Source: an uncultured virus (IMG/VR IMGVR_UViG_3300037329_000040)
Lineage: Duplodnaviria > Heunggongvirae > Uroviricota > Caudoviricetes
DNA: 64,000 nucleotides
Direction: 5' to 3' (one strand)
Virus record (IMG/VR): IMGVR_UViG_3300037329_000040
The notes beneath the pieces were generated by a model. The model ran no database searches. It was not told where the DNA came from and worked only from the letters and a program-made list of their open reading frames with translations. Shown one piece after another: positions 29,666-39,851 of this stretch (positions are counted from its first letter, which is position 1; every line of letters begins with the position of its first letter). The translations under genes and the position numbers were made by a program.

Positions 29666-30895
29666 CTACGAAGAACTTCCACCTTCGTAGTCCTTGTACT
29701 TGTACCACCCCTTGTCAAAGTCTGCCTGAACAAGGAACTCTCCCATAAACCCATTTCTGTTTTTTCTGAATACGCATTCGATTACATCGGAGTTTGCAGC
29801 TCGGCCCAGGGCTAGGACCCAGTCGGCGTCGTAAGCGATCTGACGGCTCCAGGCTGTCTGTCCTAGGGTTGGAACTGTATCTAGCTTGGTGACGTCGTCA
29901 GGGGTCGCTGAGGATATGGCTAGGATAGGTATCTCCTCAGAGATGGCCATTAGCTTTAGCTCACGAGAAAGGTTCTTCATCCTAACAGTCTCGTTCTCAG
30001 ATTTTTGATTAGGAGACATCAGCTGTAGGTAATCAACGATAATAAAGTCTGGCTTGTACTGGTCAATCTTTCCTCGAAGAACCGATGGAGTAACTTCCCC
30101 ACCAGAGTCATTTGATATGATGTGAAACTCTGGCTTGCCCTCTAGCTTGCTCTTGTGCCACCTTCTCAGGTCGTCAACTTCTACGTCACCTGCGGAAAGC
30201 TTTCTGTGAGACCAAAGGCCTTCGCCCATAATTGTAAACACGCGGTTACGAACTTCTGTCTCACTCATCTCTAGGCTTACGACCATAGGAGTCTTGCCGA
30301 GCTTCCATGCCTGTACCGCAAAGTATAGGGACAACCAAGACTTACCAATACCTGGATACGCAAGGAACACCCCTAGCTGTCCTGCAGTAATTCCTGCTGG
30401 TAGATAGTTGTCAAATCCGGGAAGCCCCGTTCTAATACCTTGTACTCCAAGAGCAGTTTGCTTTTGGACATGTTCGTAATAGGCAACAGCGTCTTCGATG
30501 TCTGTGGCATCGATGTCCCTGATGGCAGAGGTGTTTTTCTTTAGGGCAGACGTGTCAGTAATTAGGGACTCTAACACCTTGACGCCTTCACCATTTTGAA
30601 TATCTGATGCTGCCGTTCGGATCATGTCCTTTAGGCTATCATTAAGATACTCTGCCTGCAACTCCTCCAAGTGATACTTAGTGGTTCCGATTCCTGGGAC
30701 AGGCTGAAAGTCCCTAAACTTTTCTACAAGTATTGAAGTTGGAGGTACGGACCCATTCCTCTCGGAGTAGGTTCGTATAAACTCCCAGATGTCTTTATGG
30801 GTACGGAGAAGGTTGTCCACGTTTGCCTGTAGCAAAACGTGCACCTGCTTGTCCTCTAGGACGGCTGATATTAGTTTAGACTCTGTATTACTCAC
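29666..30895 (-). CDS. dnaB: replicative DNA helicase
   Basis: AYPGIGKS, SLEMS, IVDYLQLM, IAYDADWVL, KNRNG. Confidence 0.92.
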   Translation of the reverse strand: MSNTESKLISAVLEDKQVHVLLQANVDNLLRTHKDIWEFIRTYSERNGSVPPTSILVEKFRDFQPVPGIGTTKYHLEELQAEYLNDSLKDMIRTAASDIQNGEGVKVLESLITDTSALKKNTSAIRDIDATDIEDAVAYYEHVQKQTALGVQGIRTGLPGFDNYLPAGITAGQLGVFLAYPGIGKSWLSLYFAVQAWKLGKTPMVVSLEMSETEVRNRVFTIMGEGLWSHRKLSAGDVEVDDLRRWHKSKLEGKPEFHIISNDSGGEVTPSVLRGKIDQYKPDFIIVDYLQLMSPNQKSENETVRMKNLSRELKLMAISEEIPILAISSATPDDVTKLDTVPTLGQTAWSRQIAYDADWVLALGRAANSDVIECVFRKNRNGFMGEFLVQADFDKGWYKYKDYEGGSSS

Positions 30896-31196
30896 TTAAC
30901 CACTTCTTCGCTGCAGCTCTGCGCTGCTTCCTGTCGATTAGATCTTGGTTGTACTGGTCACGCTTTGAAATGATATCTTGCGCATAGTTGGCAAAATACT
31001 TCCACGCTGGATTCTGAGCTACTTCGAAATAATATTCTAGCAGGTCATAGCATCCTTGTAAAGTGTATGACTCAATTAGGGCATCGGCTGCCCACTGTTC
31101 TACGTTTAGGTTGATTTGAGGTCTTTGCTCATAACGTGCAGTATGATGCTTGCTGTAGCGGCTGAGCAAGGAGAACCTCTCCTTGCGATCTGCCAT
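30888..31196 (-). CDS. hypothetical protein (upstream of helicase)
   Basis: Coupled ORF. Confidence 0.7.
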   Translation of the reverse strand: MADRKERFSLLSRYSKHHTARYEQRPQINLNVEQWAADALIESYTLQGCYDLLEYYFEVAQNPAWKYFANYAQDIISKRDQYNQDLIDRKQRRAAAKKWLSE

Positions 31197-31405
31197 TACT
31201 TAGTCTCTAGCTCCTGGGATGCCTCAGCAACCTTATCTCCAAGTTTACTTTCTACGAATGCGTAAATGCGATCGAAGGCTTGGTCAGTATTTTCTCCGTC
31301 ACGCTTGGAGTCTGTTACTCCAATGTCTACTCTCAATGATTGAAAGTTACCTAGGTTTAGAGTATACCCCAATGCTACCGTTATTTTTGTACTTTCGATT
31401 TCCAT
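31196..31405 (-). CDS. hypothetical protein
   Basis: MEIESTKITVALGYTLNLGNFQSLRVDIG, with GAGGG SD. Confidence 0.7.
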   Translation of the reverse strand: MEIESTKITVALGYTLNLGNFQSLRVDIGVTDSKRDGENTDQAFDRIYAFVESKLGDKVAEASQELETK

Positions 31406-31478
31406 AATGTCCCTCTCATAGAACTTATTGTAATATATAGTACCACAGATCTGGGAGACATGCAATACCCAAATGTCT

Positions 31479-32027
31479 TTAAATACTCTCCGACCAAGTA
31501 GGAATAAATCTTCCATCTTCTGTCTTGGTATATGTAAGCATACCATGCCCCATGCGCCTTGTCAACTCTGGAGCCGTAGGGGTTATGTTGTTCGTAAGGA
31601 GGCCGTCACCTCTTGGCCTACCCATATGATAAGATGCAAGAATGTCTCGTATCTCTTTTACTTGTGACTCTGAATAATAACTTCTTACTTGCCAGCCTGT
31701 TGCCCCACCCTTTTGACTTCCCGTAGGCCTGGGGATCTCCTCACGCTTCATCAGCGATGGCATGTACTTCTTGTGTCTGTTCACTAAGTCTGCGGTTTCA
31801 CCTACAGTGTATGCCTTCTCACGATTCTTTTTAAAATCACTAATAAGACAGCTCTCTATTTGGTCATCGATTATGTTGTAGACAGACATTATGCCATTAG
31901 ACCTATTGATGTGATAAGCCCTGACCAGCTTACCGTTTAAGAAGTATACTTTTTTATTCCCCGGTATCACAGATGCCTCGTTATACTCTTCTCGAGTCCT
32001 GTATCCGCGCTTTGGGTTGGGAGGCAT
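31479..32027 (-). CDS. MerR-like HTH DNA-binding protein
   Basis: AYTVGETADLVNRH...RSYYSESQV. Confidence 0.65.
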   Translation of the reverse strand: MPPNPKRGYRTREEYNEASVIPGNKKVYFLNGKLVRAYHINRSNGIMSVYNIIDDQIESCLISDFKKNREKAYTVGETADLVNRHKKYMPSLMKREEIPRPTGSQKGGATGWQVRSYYSESQVKEIRDILASYHMGRPRGDGLLTNNITPTAPELTRRMGHGMLTYTKTEDGRFIPTWSESI

Positions 32028-32039
32028 AGGGGCTAACGA

Positions 32040-32486
32040 CTAGAGCGGTAGGCCAATAGCGATAAGGTTTACCTTCAAGGCAGCCTTACCGGTTCCAAAG
32101 AATGTCACCGTAAGATCAACCCTAGAGGTAGTGATCTGCTTAATTGTAACGCTAAGGTCTGAACCGTTTTCAGACTTTGAAGTTAGAACTGGGCTTGCTG
32201 TTACAATCGGTGGATACTTAAACTCCCCAGTGTTAAAGGAGTAAGACTTGTCAATAGCAAGGCCTGGGGACACATCTGTCAGAGTTGAGTAGATGTCTAT
32301 TGATCCAGCGACTATCTTTGTGTTTGAGATCAGACTGTTCTGGGTTCCACTCGAAGTGTCAATAGAAGCATACTTGTAAGTAGGAGACGATACCTGAGAA
32401 GATAGCTCATTAATAGCCGTAGCCATCTGGTAGATGTAAGAAACATCTAGAGGCTGACCTCTGTCTGGTGTTGGAATCTTTGCCAT
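32040..32486 (-). CDS. putative minor tail/virion protein
   Basis: End of the tail cluster. FKYPPIVTAS...VNLIAIG. Confidence 0.6.
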   Translation of the reverse strand: MAKIPTPDRGQPLDVSYIYQMATAINELSSQVSSPTYKYASIDTSSGTQNSLISNTKIVAGSIDIYSTLTDVSPGLAIDKSYSFNTGEFKYPPIVTASPVLTSKSENGSDLSVTIKQITTSRVDLTVTFFGTGKAALKVNLIAIGLPL

Positions 32487-32504
32487 AGTTCTCCTAGTAT
32501 ACCA

Positions 32505-32951
32505 TTAAATCGTTATTGTGGCTGAAAAAAGTATTGCATTTGCTAAAGCTGTTTTGCCAGTTGTCGGCATTGTCACTGTAAAATTGTAGACACCCGTGGG
32601 GCTCGAGGCTGGAAGGATGTGTGAAAAGGATGTTTCGTAAGTTACTTTAAGATAAGAGAAGTCTGTTGCCCCAGGGGCTTTAATAAATACGTAATAAGGC
32701 ATATTGTCATACCTGGGCAATAAGGACCACACGATGTCTACTAGGTTTTGAGAGCCGATAGCTCTAGAGCTTATTCCATAATCTATTGTGTTGAATATTT
32801 CTGCAACTGCTGGAACGGCCACTACATATGTCGGAGAAAATGCAGACCTAACGTTTAAGTCATTTGTCACAACCCGATACCTAAAGCTTACTTCGTGGTC
32901 TTCATTTACGACCCAAGAAGCTGGTCCTAGTAATATTCTTCCATTAGCCAT
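32505..32951 (-). CDS. putative minor tail protein
   Basis: Beta-rich, in the tail cluster. Confidence 0.55.
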   Translation of the reverse strand: MANGRILLGPASWVVNEDHEVSFRYRVVTNDLNVRSAFSPTYVVAVPAVAEIFNTIDYGISSRAIGSQNLVDIVWSLLPRYDNMPYYVFIKAPGATDFSYLKVTYETSFSHILPASSPTGVYNFTVTMPTTGKTALANAILFSATITI

Positions 32952-34101
32952 TAAAGACTCCTACACCCAACCTAAACTCAACCATAGCCGATGTATTTGG
33001 TAACTTAACTATGGGACGAGCAACACCGTTTTCCGTGTTCTCTATAACAGTGTATCCTGTCATTGCATACAGTGGATTCTTAGATCCAATGTTTTCTAGG
33101 CGAATAGCGTCTAGGGCAATGTAGTAATATGGTAAGTCAGTTCCTGCCTCAACAATAACTTCCCCGAACTCATCAACAGCCGCAGCATAAATGTTAACGT
33201 TGTTCACAGCAGACCAAAGGAATGTCCCATAGGTCTTGCCTTCACCGATACTTTGCTCTAACACTCTATACCTACTGGGTGAAAAAGCTCCAACCTCAGA
33301 CTCAAAGTCTAACCTAAAGGATCCACCACTGTTAACCGTAGTGAATTCTAAGGTAACCCTTACCCTGTTTGGGGCAACCCCAGCTGTTCCGTCTACATCA
33401 ACAACGGATAGGGCTAGCTTAACCTGGTCAAGGGGAGAGTTCCTGGACAGGTCTACTGATGTTGCAAGTGATATCTTATCTTGGTCCGTCAAATCCCATT
33501 CCCCAGCAATTGACGAAGAATCCGACAAGTCAGAAAAATTACTAGACAACATAATCATGTTGTTAAAGTATCTTGATTGCTCGGAACGAACAACTCTTTC
33601 GGCTCTGAACATTCTGTTAGTAGCATTAGTCTGAATAGCTGGATTATCACGAAAGCTAAGAGACAGATCCTTTGACGCAGACAGATTATCTAAAGGTTGA
33701 TCCTCTGTAAATAGAGCTGCTTCCAGGTACTTCCAAGGCTCTTCCCTTGTAAAAGCATAAAGAGTTCTGCTATCGTAACCAACAGAGGAAGGGTTGGAGG
33801 ATGCAGAAAATATTCCGACTTCTGTAATTTCATATCGTTCTGTGGTAGGCACCTCTGCTGAAAACACAACCTGAGAGTTTCCATCTTCGTCTTGCACGAA
33901 TCCTCTAGAGGTTATCGGAACCCTGAACATCTCGAAGTCTAGGCTAGTCTTCTGGGGCCAAGCTGAAAGGTCTCCGGCTGTTGTCTCGTATCCACTGGGG
34001 TTAGGGGCAGCCCCGCAGCCAATGGCAATGTAAGAAGCATACGCTGGTGCAGAACCTACCAGGTACTTTCCAAATATTTCTTTCCCTTTATCTGTAATCA
34101 T
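32944..34101 (-). CDS. putative minor tail/baseplate protein
   Basis: MITDKGK...YIAIGCGA...ITEVGIF N-terminus of tail-fibre/baseplate type. Confidence 0.65.
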   Translation of the reverse strand: MITDKGKEIFGKYLVGSAPAYASYIAIGCGAAPNPSGYETTAGDLSAWPQKTSLDFEMFRVPITSRGFVQDEDGNSQVVFSAEVPTTERYEITEVGIFSASSNPSSVGYDSRTLYAFTREEPWKYLEAALFTEDQPLDNLSASKDLSLSFRDNPAIQTNATNRMFRAERVVRSEQSRYFNNMIMLSSNFSDLSDSSSIAGEWDLTDQDKISLATSVDLSRNSPLDQVKLALSVVDVDGTAGVAPNRVRVTLEFTTVNSGGSFRLDFESEVGAFSPSRYRVLEQSIGEGKTYGTFLWSAVNNVNIYAAAVDEFGEVIVEAGTDLPYYYIALDAIRLENIGSKNPLYAMTGYTVIENTENGVARPIVKLPNTSAMVEFRLGVGVFNG

Positions 34102-34117
34102 CTTAACTCTCTTTGCT

Positions 34118-34636
34118 TTATATTACGGTATCTTCAATTATACCAGAAGAAAGGACCTGAATTTCCACATCGTAATTAGACTGCATATTTTTAAACTCTA
34201 TGATAAGCTGATTCTTTGTAGTGGACTCATCTCCCAAGTCTATGTATGCATTCGGGGATTCGTTGCCTGACAGAGGCCCACCAGACTGTAAATCCAAAAC
34301 GGGGACGTAACTCTCAAGAACTAGACCATAAACTTTAAATAAGTCTGGTAAGGTGTTTGGCACTGCTAGAATGTTTGACGGAGAATAGTCTAGCTGCAGA
34401 TCCGTTAGGTTGCTGATAACGCCATAGGATACGTTCTGCCCGTTAAGAAGATCTGTCCTAGAAGTTAGCAGGAGCTCTTGTCCAGCTATCTGCTCAAAAA
34501 GCAGAAACTCTAGAACAGACTCCGGCACCACATCAGTGTTAATATCTACGTTATAAAGTTCTGGGATCTTTACCGCTGTATTCGCTGACCCCACATTGAC
34601 TACCCTCGAAGCTTGATTTGCTTTTGGTTGAACCAT
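34118..34636 (-). CDS. putative minor tail protein
   Basis: Coupled to the large tail gene. Confidence 0.6.
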   Translation of the reverse strand: MVQPKANQASRVVNVGSANTAVKIPELYNVDINTDVVPESVLEFLLFEQIAGQELLLTSRTDLLNGQNVSYGVISNLTDLQLDYSPSNILAVPNTLPDLFKVYGLVLESYVPVLDLQSGGPLSGNESPNAYIDLGDESTTKNQLIIEFKNMQSNYDVEIQVLSSGIIEDTVI

Positions 34637-37600
34637 TAGGACTTTACCTCACTCAAGTATATTGACATCTCTACCGACCCGCTAGACCTGGAATGATCTA
34701 TTTGGTAAATAACAAAGCGGTCATCCTCCCTTACCTGATCTATTTCATCTGAGCTATACTTTACGCTAACAATATCTCCCAGCTGCAAAGTTGGCAAAGA
34801 GAACACGCTCAGACCCAAAGACTTTCTTGGAACCATGATCTTTTCTGCAAGCCAGTTCATCATAGAGTTAGCAGTGTCTCTACTTTGTATGTAGGGGGCA
34901 TCTATGGTAAATTCTTTTCTTCCATACGTCGACCGGCTGTTCCTTATGTCCAAGAATTTTTCTTTAGAATATAGTGGTGAAGAAACGACTACACCATTTT
35001 CTATTACGGGATTTGAAAGATCACTCTTTTTGTTAAAGAATTCGTCAACAGTTAGCTCGTTACTAGACTGCTGAGTAAATGTTATACCTTGAATTCTAAG
35101 GGCTGAGTTTGTGCTTGAATCCAGACTAATAACTGTATCGGTAGTATTGAATACCAAAAACTCTGCACCATATGGGCTTCCATAGTAGGACGATACGCAG
35201 TACGTTCTAATCTTGCTGGCACCTGGGATTATCCTAGAGTAAAGAGCTGGGAAGGCTTTATCATACTTAATATTTAAGTAAGCGGCCTCTCTCATTATGG
35301 TTCCAAACTCATCATAGTATATGTTGTACTTTGGAACATTCGATGAGCCAATTGATGATAGGTACGTTGACTGGACTAGTCCGCTTATGGCATACTTTGA
35401 GAATGAGGAGTTTATGGTCAAGTCCTCAACGCCGAAGGCAGAACTAACTACTGGATCTAGCTTTGATGATGGGCTGTCTGCGTAATTGTTTGACATGCTG
35501 TAAATATTTTCAAACATACACTTCGAGGTTCCCCTAATAAACAATGCTGAGGAGTTGCCAGCGACAATTGGAGATGTGTCAGTGACTGTGGCTACCTGTG
35601 TTCCATTTAAGTAAAGGAAGAAAGTCCTGGTGCCATCGATATTGTCAACGTACTCAAAGGCAAGGTCATACACCGTTTGGTTTTCTTGTGCAAAGATCCT
35701 GCTCTGCCCGACAAAATCCCCGCCGTCTACCAGAATATCAGAAACACCTCTCCACAATAACTGAGGCAAGGATGAAGACTCTGCATCTGAGCCACTCGAA
35801 ATAACCTTGTAGAAGAACATGTTTGAAGCAGAGTACTTGTCTATGGTCAGAGAATCTAGCGCGGCTATCTCAAAGTAATAGCCTTCTCCTGTTTTACTAT
35901 TAAGTAACCCAGATATCCCGCCACTGCCTCCTGTTATGTTTGCCTTGTCCTCTGGAGACGTGGTCTCTACGGTAACGTATGTCATTGCCCCGTTAGCTTC
36001 CTGAGCAGATTCATTTGATGGAGACACCCGTCCAATAATTCGCATCCTAGTTCCGAAGTGGGTATGAAGAGTATCGCTAGTAGCGACTTCCCCAGGAACC
36101 AATGTAGGCGTTGAGAAAGCGTAGGTGATATGATTTATGGGAGAGTAGCTGGCATCGTCTGAGTTAGCCCCATCCATTATCAGAGCGGAGGCTTGCACCA
36201 TCTCCGTGTCTGTCGACATAGAAGAGCTTTCTGGGTTTTCTGAAGAATAAGAATAAGCCAAAAAGTTTTTAATCTTGTCAGTAACCTGAGTACGTCTTGC
36301 CTGGGATAGGGCTGAAGAAGAGTTCAGATACTTGGATGACACGTCAGTATATGCTTTTAACTCTATCATCCTGGACTTTACAAGATTCTCTTTTCCAGAA
36401 ATCTGAGAACGTATATCCGACATGGAAGACGTGATCTCTGAATCTAGCGGGCTAGCCAGAAGTCTTACACCCAAAAAACTAAGGTTTTCATAAAGCTGCT
36501 TTATGTCTGACTTGGCGGTTAGGATACTATCATAAACAGTACGTGTAGCTGGTGGCAGGCTTTCTACAGACTGGATCTCGGACACCCCACTACTGTCGAA
36601 CAAAAACTTTGAGTTAATACCGATGCCATTTATTTTAGATCCATTGGTCCATGACAAGTCTATCCCGGCGTAATGACTAGTTATTGCAGTACCAAACTGT
36701 CCACGCCCATGCTTAGACACGGCACCCTCAGTTAAGACCAGATCTCCATTGATGTTCCTGTAATTTGGTTGTGAAAAAATTCTAACTCTTCCAGTAGGAA
36801 ACATTTTACCACCAAAAGATATTTTAGAGAAATAGTTTTGATAGTCATCGATGCTTGTTAGCCATATTGAGTCTGAGATGTTTGGAACGCTATACTCCAC
36901 AGCGTCAAACCTTACGATCTCTCCAGCAGCATAGAAGTATCCAGCGTAACGACCCAACCAGTAAACAGACTCTCCGAGGTCTAATATGTTGGAAACGACT
37001 ACTCCATTTCTTACATACGGCACTGTGTCTGATAGATCTGACTTTAGAGGTATGGCCGTCAGGCTGTATGCGTTTTGTGTAGAGGTCTGCTCGTTTTTGG
37101 CTTTCGATGCTTCTTCTCCAGCTGCTTCCCAAAGAAGTACTGGTTTATATACCCAGTTCTTACCAGAGTCTAGCTTGTAAGCTTGGTCGGAGTTTTCTTG
37201 GCTCTTCTGAATGTACAGCGACTTATATACTATTTTACCATCATTAAAGATGGCATCATCCTGCGATGAGATAGAAACAATGTTCGGCAGATTCGATGGT
37301 GGAGTTATACCAAATTCAGCTGCAGCCTGAAGGTCTTCCTCTGTTTGCTCGGAAGATTCTTCACCTATAAGAACCATGTCTGTAGGCCTTTCTGCAGACG
37401 ATGGGATCATGTAGTTTTTGCTGGTCACCACAAAGTTATTATTTTCGTCAAAGAACATCGCACTTTGAGTTGATACAGCTAAATCCTGAAGTACCTCTGC
37501 AACAGTCCTGTCTGACTTGCAGTAGAAGAAGGGAATAGTGTCTTCACTTTCCAGTGGCAGCCTTCTGAAAACATAATTCGAGAACCCTATATAATCTAAC

Positions 37601-39225
37601 AGTGTTGAAACTGCTGAGGACAAGGACACATTGGTAAGCAATAAGTCTGGAGCAGGAAGGGACTCGAAGTAAAAGTATAGGTCTCTAAGGTCTAAAGACA
37701 CGGACCTCGTGTCAGAATATATTTCTGGGAATGAGTCTGCGTACATTGTCTTTATAGGAACATAAAAAATGTTTTGACGGTTAGAGGACAAGTCTTGCTG
37801 ATAAGAAATTACATCATAGATTTTTACCTGCATGTTCTTTATGGAGCTAAACGGAACAACGGTCTTGTCGTTGCTTTTGTTAAAAGCTTGGTCTGGGTCA
37901 AATAGTTCTAAGGAACCTACGGAAGCTAGGAGCTGTCCTACAGGAAGGCCTGTGCTACCTAAGTCAGATGCTATCTTTGATAGGTTATAGCTTTTTGTTA
38001 TCTCCGTTATGTCTACTGATAACCTGGGAGATATCTCTATTAGATCTAATACTGAATTAAACTTGTTCATTCTTCTTGCTGCAACTCTTATTCCAGAAAT
38101 ATACTGGAACTCTCTAAATTGCAAAGCATTTTGGCTTGGAACAGCAAACGACTCTGGGTTTCCGATGTTTGAAACAAACTCTGACTCTAGAGAAGCCTCT
38201 TGCTCAGAAAGCTTCCACCCATACTCTGGCACGAACTGCTCGTACCCATTTTTTAGCCAAACATAGTAAAGCCCCCTGTCAGAGTCCGAGTCCTTTACAA
38301 GATAAGCCTCGCCCTCAAAGCCTGAGCTAGGTAGCCCTGTGTAAGAAGACAAGACGGAATTAAAGCTAAATATTTGCTGGTACTTTTTAGGTAGGATCAA
38401 GCCGTAGGAGATTTCCATATAGCCGTCTGGCCCTATAATTGAAGACCCGTCAGGTCTGGTACTTTCTGGTAAAAAATTGATTACGTTTTGCCACTGGTTA
38501 TCGACTAGGACATCTATGCCCCAGTCAGAGGGGGTAGTCTTGTTTTCGTCTCCAAAGAGAGGGTCTCCCGTCTCACCAGAAATGCTAAGAACTCTTTGTG
38601 ATTCTACAGTCCCAACATTTGTCTGAACCTTGACTACGATCTTGTTGGTGGCTATGGGCTCTTCGTAAACAACAAATGGTGCAGCATCATTGATGTGGTT
38701 AATCCCAAGGGGAGATACATTAGCTATACCATACTCTACATCATTCTCTACACGATAAGACGACCAGTACTTAAACTTATCGTCCTTGTGTGACATATAA
38801 TACCTTGGCCTTCTAGCCATGTCTCGGTTTGCATTATGAACAAACCCTGTTATTCCAAAACGAACCTTGTTGATTCCAGATCTTGGCCTGAACCTTCCAA
38901 AGCAATCCTCTAGCGAGTATAAAAGCTTTTCTTTTTGCTTAGGCTGTTGTAATAGTATGGGGGTGCCATCTTCATCAATACCGCCGTCAAGGACTACGTC
39001 TGAGTCCGTGGCACCAGTGTAGAACCCGCCTTCGTCGCTTGGATCAAAGAAGGATGGAAGGTGGCCCAACTCTGATGAAGGACCTTCTAGTGGACGGTAC
39101 CTGTAATTGCCGACCCTAGAAATGTTATCGTACGCATTAAGGTTCCACTCTACGACTACCTTGGAATTGCTCTTTACTGTTGGAGAGGTTAGCAGATGGT
39201 TGTTTAGCTCATCATTTACAAACAT
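34636..39225 (-). CDS. large minor tail (hub/central fibre-like) protein, 1529 aa
   Basis: Second gene after the TMP. C-terminal PYIQ...PTLQLGDIV motif of hub-type proteins. Confidence 0.7.
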   Translation of the reverse strand: MFVNDELNNHLLTSPTVKSNSKVVVEWNLNAYDNISRVGNYRYRPLEGPSSELGHLPSFFDPSDEGGFYTGATDSDVVLDGGIDEDGTPILLQQPKQKEKLLYSLEDCFGRFRPRSGINKVRFGITGFVHNANRDMARRPRYYMSHKDDKFKYWSSYRVENDVEYGIANVSPLGINHINDAAPFVVYEEPIATNKIVVKVQTNVGTVESQRVLSISGETGDPLFGDENKTTPSDWGIDVLVDNQWQNVINFLPESTRPDGSSIIGPDGYMEISYGLILPKKYQQIFSFNSVLSSYTGLPSSGFEGEAYLVKDSDSDRGLYYVWLKNGYEQFVPEYGWKLSEQEASLESEFVSNIGNPESFAVPSQNALQFREFQYISGIRVAARRMNKFNSVLDLIEISPRLSVDITEITKSYNLSKIASDLGSTGLPVGQLLASVGSLELFDPDQAFNKSNDKTVVPFSSIKNMQVKIYDVISYQQDLSSNRQNIFYVPIKTMYADSFPEIYSDTRSVSLDLRDLYFYFESLPAPDLLLTNVSLSSAVSTLLDYIGFSNYVFRRLPLESEDTIPFFYCKSDRTVAEVLQDLAVSTQSAMFFDENNNFVVTSKNYMIPSSAERPTDMVLIGEESSEQTEEDLQAAAEFGITPPSNLPNIVSISSQDDAIFNDGKIVYKSLYIQKSQENSDQAYKLDSGKNWVYKPVLLWEAAGEEASKAKNEQTSTQNAYSLTAIPLKSDLSDTVPYVRNGVVVSNILDLGESVYWLGRYAGYFYAAGEIVRFDAVEYSVPNISDSIWLTSIDDYQNYFSKISFGGKMFPTGRVRIFSQPNYRNINGDLVLTEGAVSKHGRGQFGTAITSHYAGIDLSWTNGSKINGIGINSKFLFDSSGVSEIQSVESLPPATRTVYDSILTAKSDIKQLYENLSFLGVRLLASPLDSEITSSMSDIRSQISGKENLVKSRMIELKAYTDVSSKYLNSSSALSQARRTQVTDKIKNFLAYSYSSENPESSSMSTDTEMVQASALIMDGANSDDASYSPINHITYAFSTPTLVPGEVATSDTLHTHFGTRMRIIGRVSPSNESAQEANGAMTYVTVETTSPEDKANITGGSGGISGLLNSKTGEGYYFEIAALDSLTIDKYSASNMFFYKVISSGSDAESSSLPQLLWRGVSDILVDGGDFVGQSRIFAQENQTVYDLAFEYVDNIDGTRTFFLYLNGTQVATVTDTSPIVAGNSSALFIRGTSKCMFENIYSMSNNYADSPSSKLDPVVSSAFGVEDLTINSSFSKYAISGLVQSTYLSSIGSSNVPKYNIYYDEFGTIMREAAYLNIKYDKAFPALYSRIIPGASKIRTYCVSSYYGSPYGAEFLVFNTTDTVISLDSSTNSALRIQGITFTQQSSNELTVDEFFNKKSDLSNPVIENGVVVSSPLYSKEKFLDIRNSRSTYGRKEFTIDAPYIQSRDTANSMMNWLAEKIMVPRKSLGLSVFSLPTLQLGDIVSVKYSSDEIDQVREDDRFVIYQIDHSRSSGSVEMSIYLSEVKS

Positions 39226-39851
39226 TATACCTCTTCTAAAGACACTGAAATGTTCCAGAAGTCGTGGTTGCTCGTTCCTCGCTTTACGACGCTATACGAA
39301 AAATCCGAAATGTACATTTCTACGACTTGATTATATTGTGCCAGTTTAGAGTAGTCTTCAACCCCATCCTGCTTAAACTTATCATACGCCAAGTAAACCC
39401 AGAATGGTCCTGAGTGTGCCTCATACCATGAAAGGAGGTCAACCCCACCAGCGCCCCCGTCTACAGTGTAGCGTTCGTCAACAGAATAGTCCGTGGTGCC
39501 TGTTTCTGAGAATGAAGGAGCGGCCTTAAAGGATCTAGATGGTAGCATGCTCCAAGACAGGGAAGCCTTGAGCTTATCAGCAATATGATATGACCTCATC
39601 CTGCCGTTGATCATTCTTTGCCTTTGCTCTATTCTGTCTATACTAAAATCAAGAGGTGACCGACTATGGTCCGACAATATTAAAAACTGGTTTAACTGGG
39701 TAAGGTCTGAGATTTCTTCGTTGTCATACCCCACCTCGTATCCGTTAGGTATGTAGGCCCCTGCCTCTATTCTTCCAGGGTTCTCTGCCCAGAGCATGGC
39801 CTGTGGTCGGCCGTACTTACTTCTGTTGCTCATGTAAGCTGAGGTTGCCAT
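39225..39851 (-). CDS. distal tail-like protein
   Basis: Directly after the TMP. RMINGRMRSY...ISVSLEEV. Confidence 0.6.
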   Translation of the reverse strand: MATSAYMSNRSKYGRPQAMLWAENPGRIEAGAYIPNGYEVGYDNEEISDLTQLNQFLILSDHSRSPLDFSIDRIEQRQRMINGRMRSYHIADKLKASLSWSMLPSRSFKAAPSFSETGTTDYSVDERYTVDGGAGGVDLLSWYEAHSGPFWVYLAYDKFKQDGVEDYSKLAQYNQVVEMYISDFSYSVVKRGTSNHDFWNISVSLEEV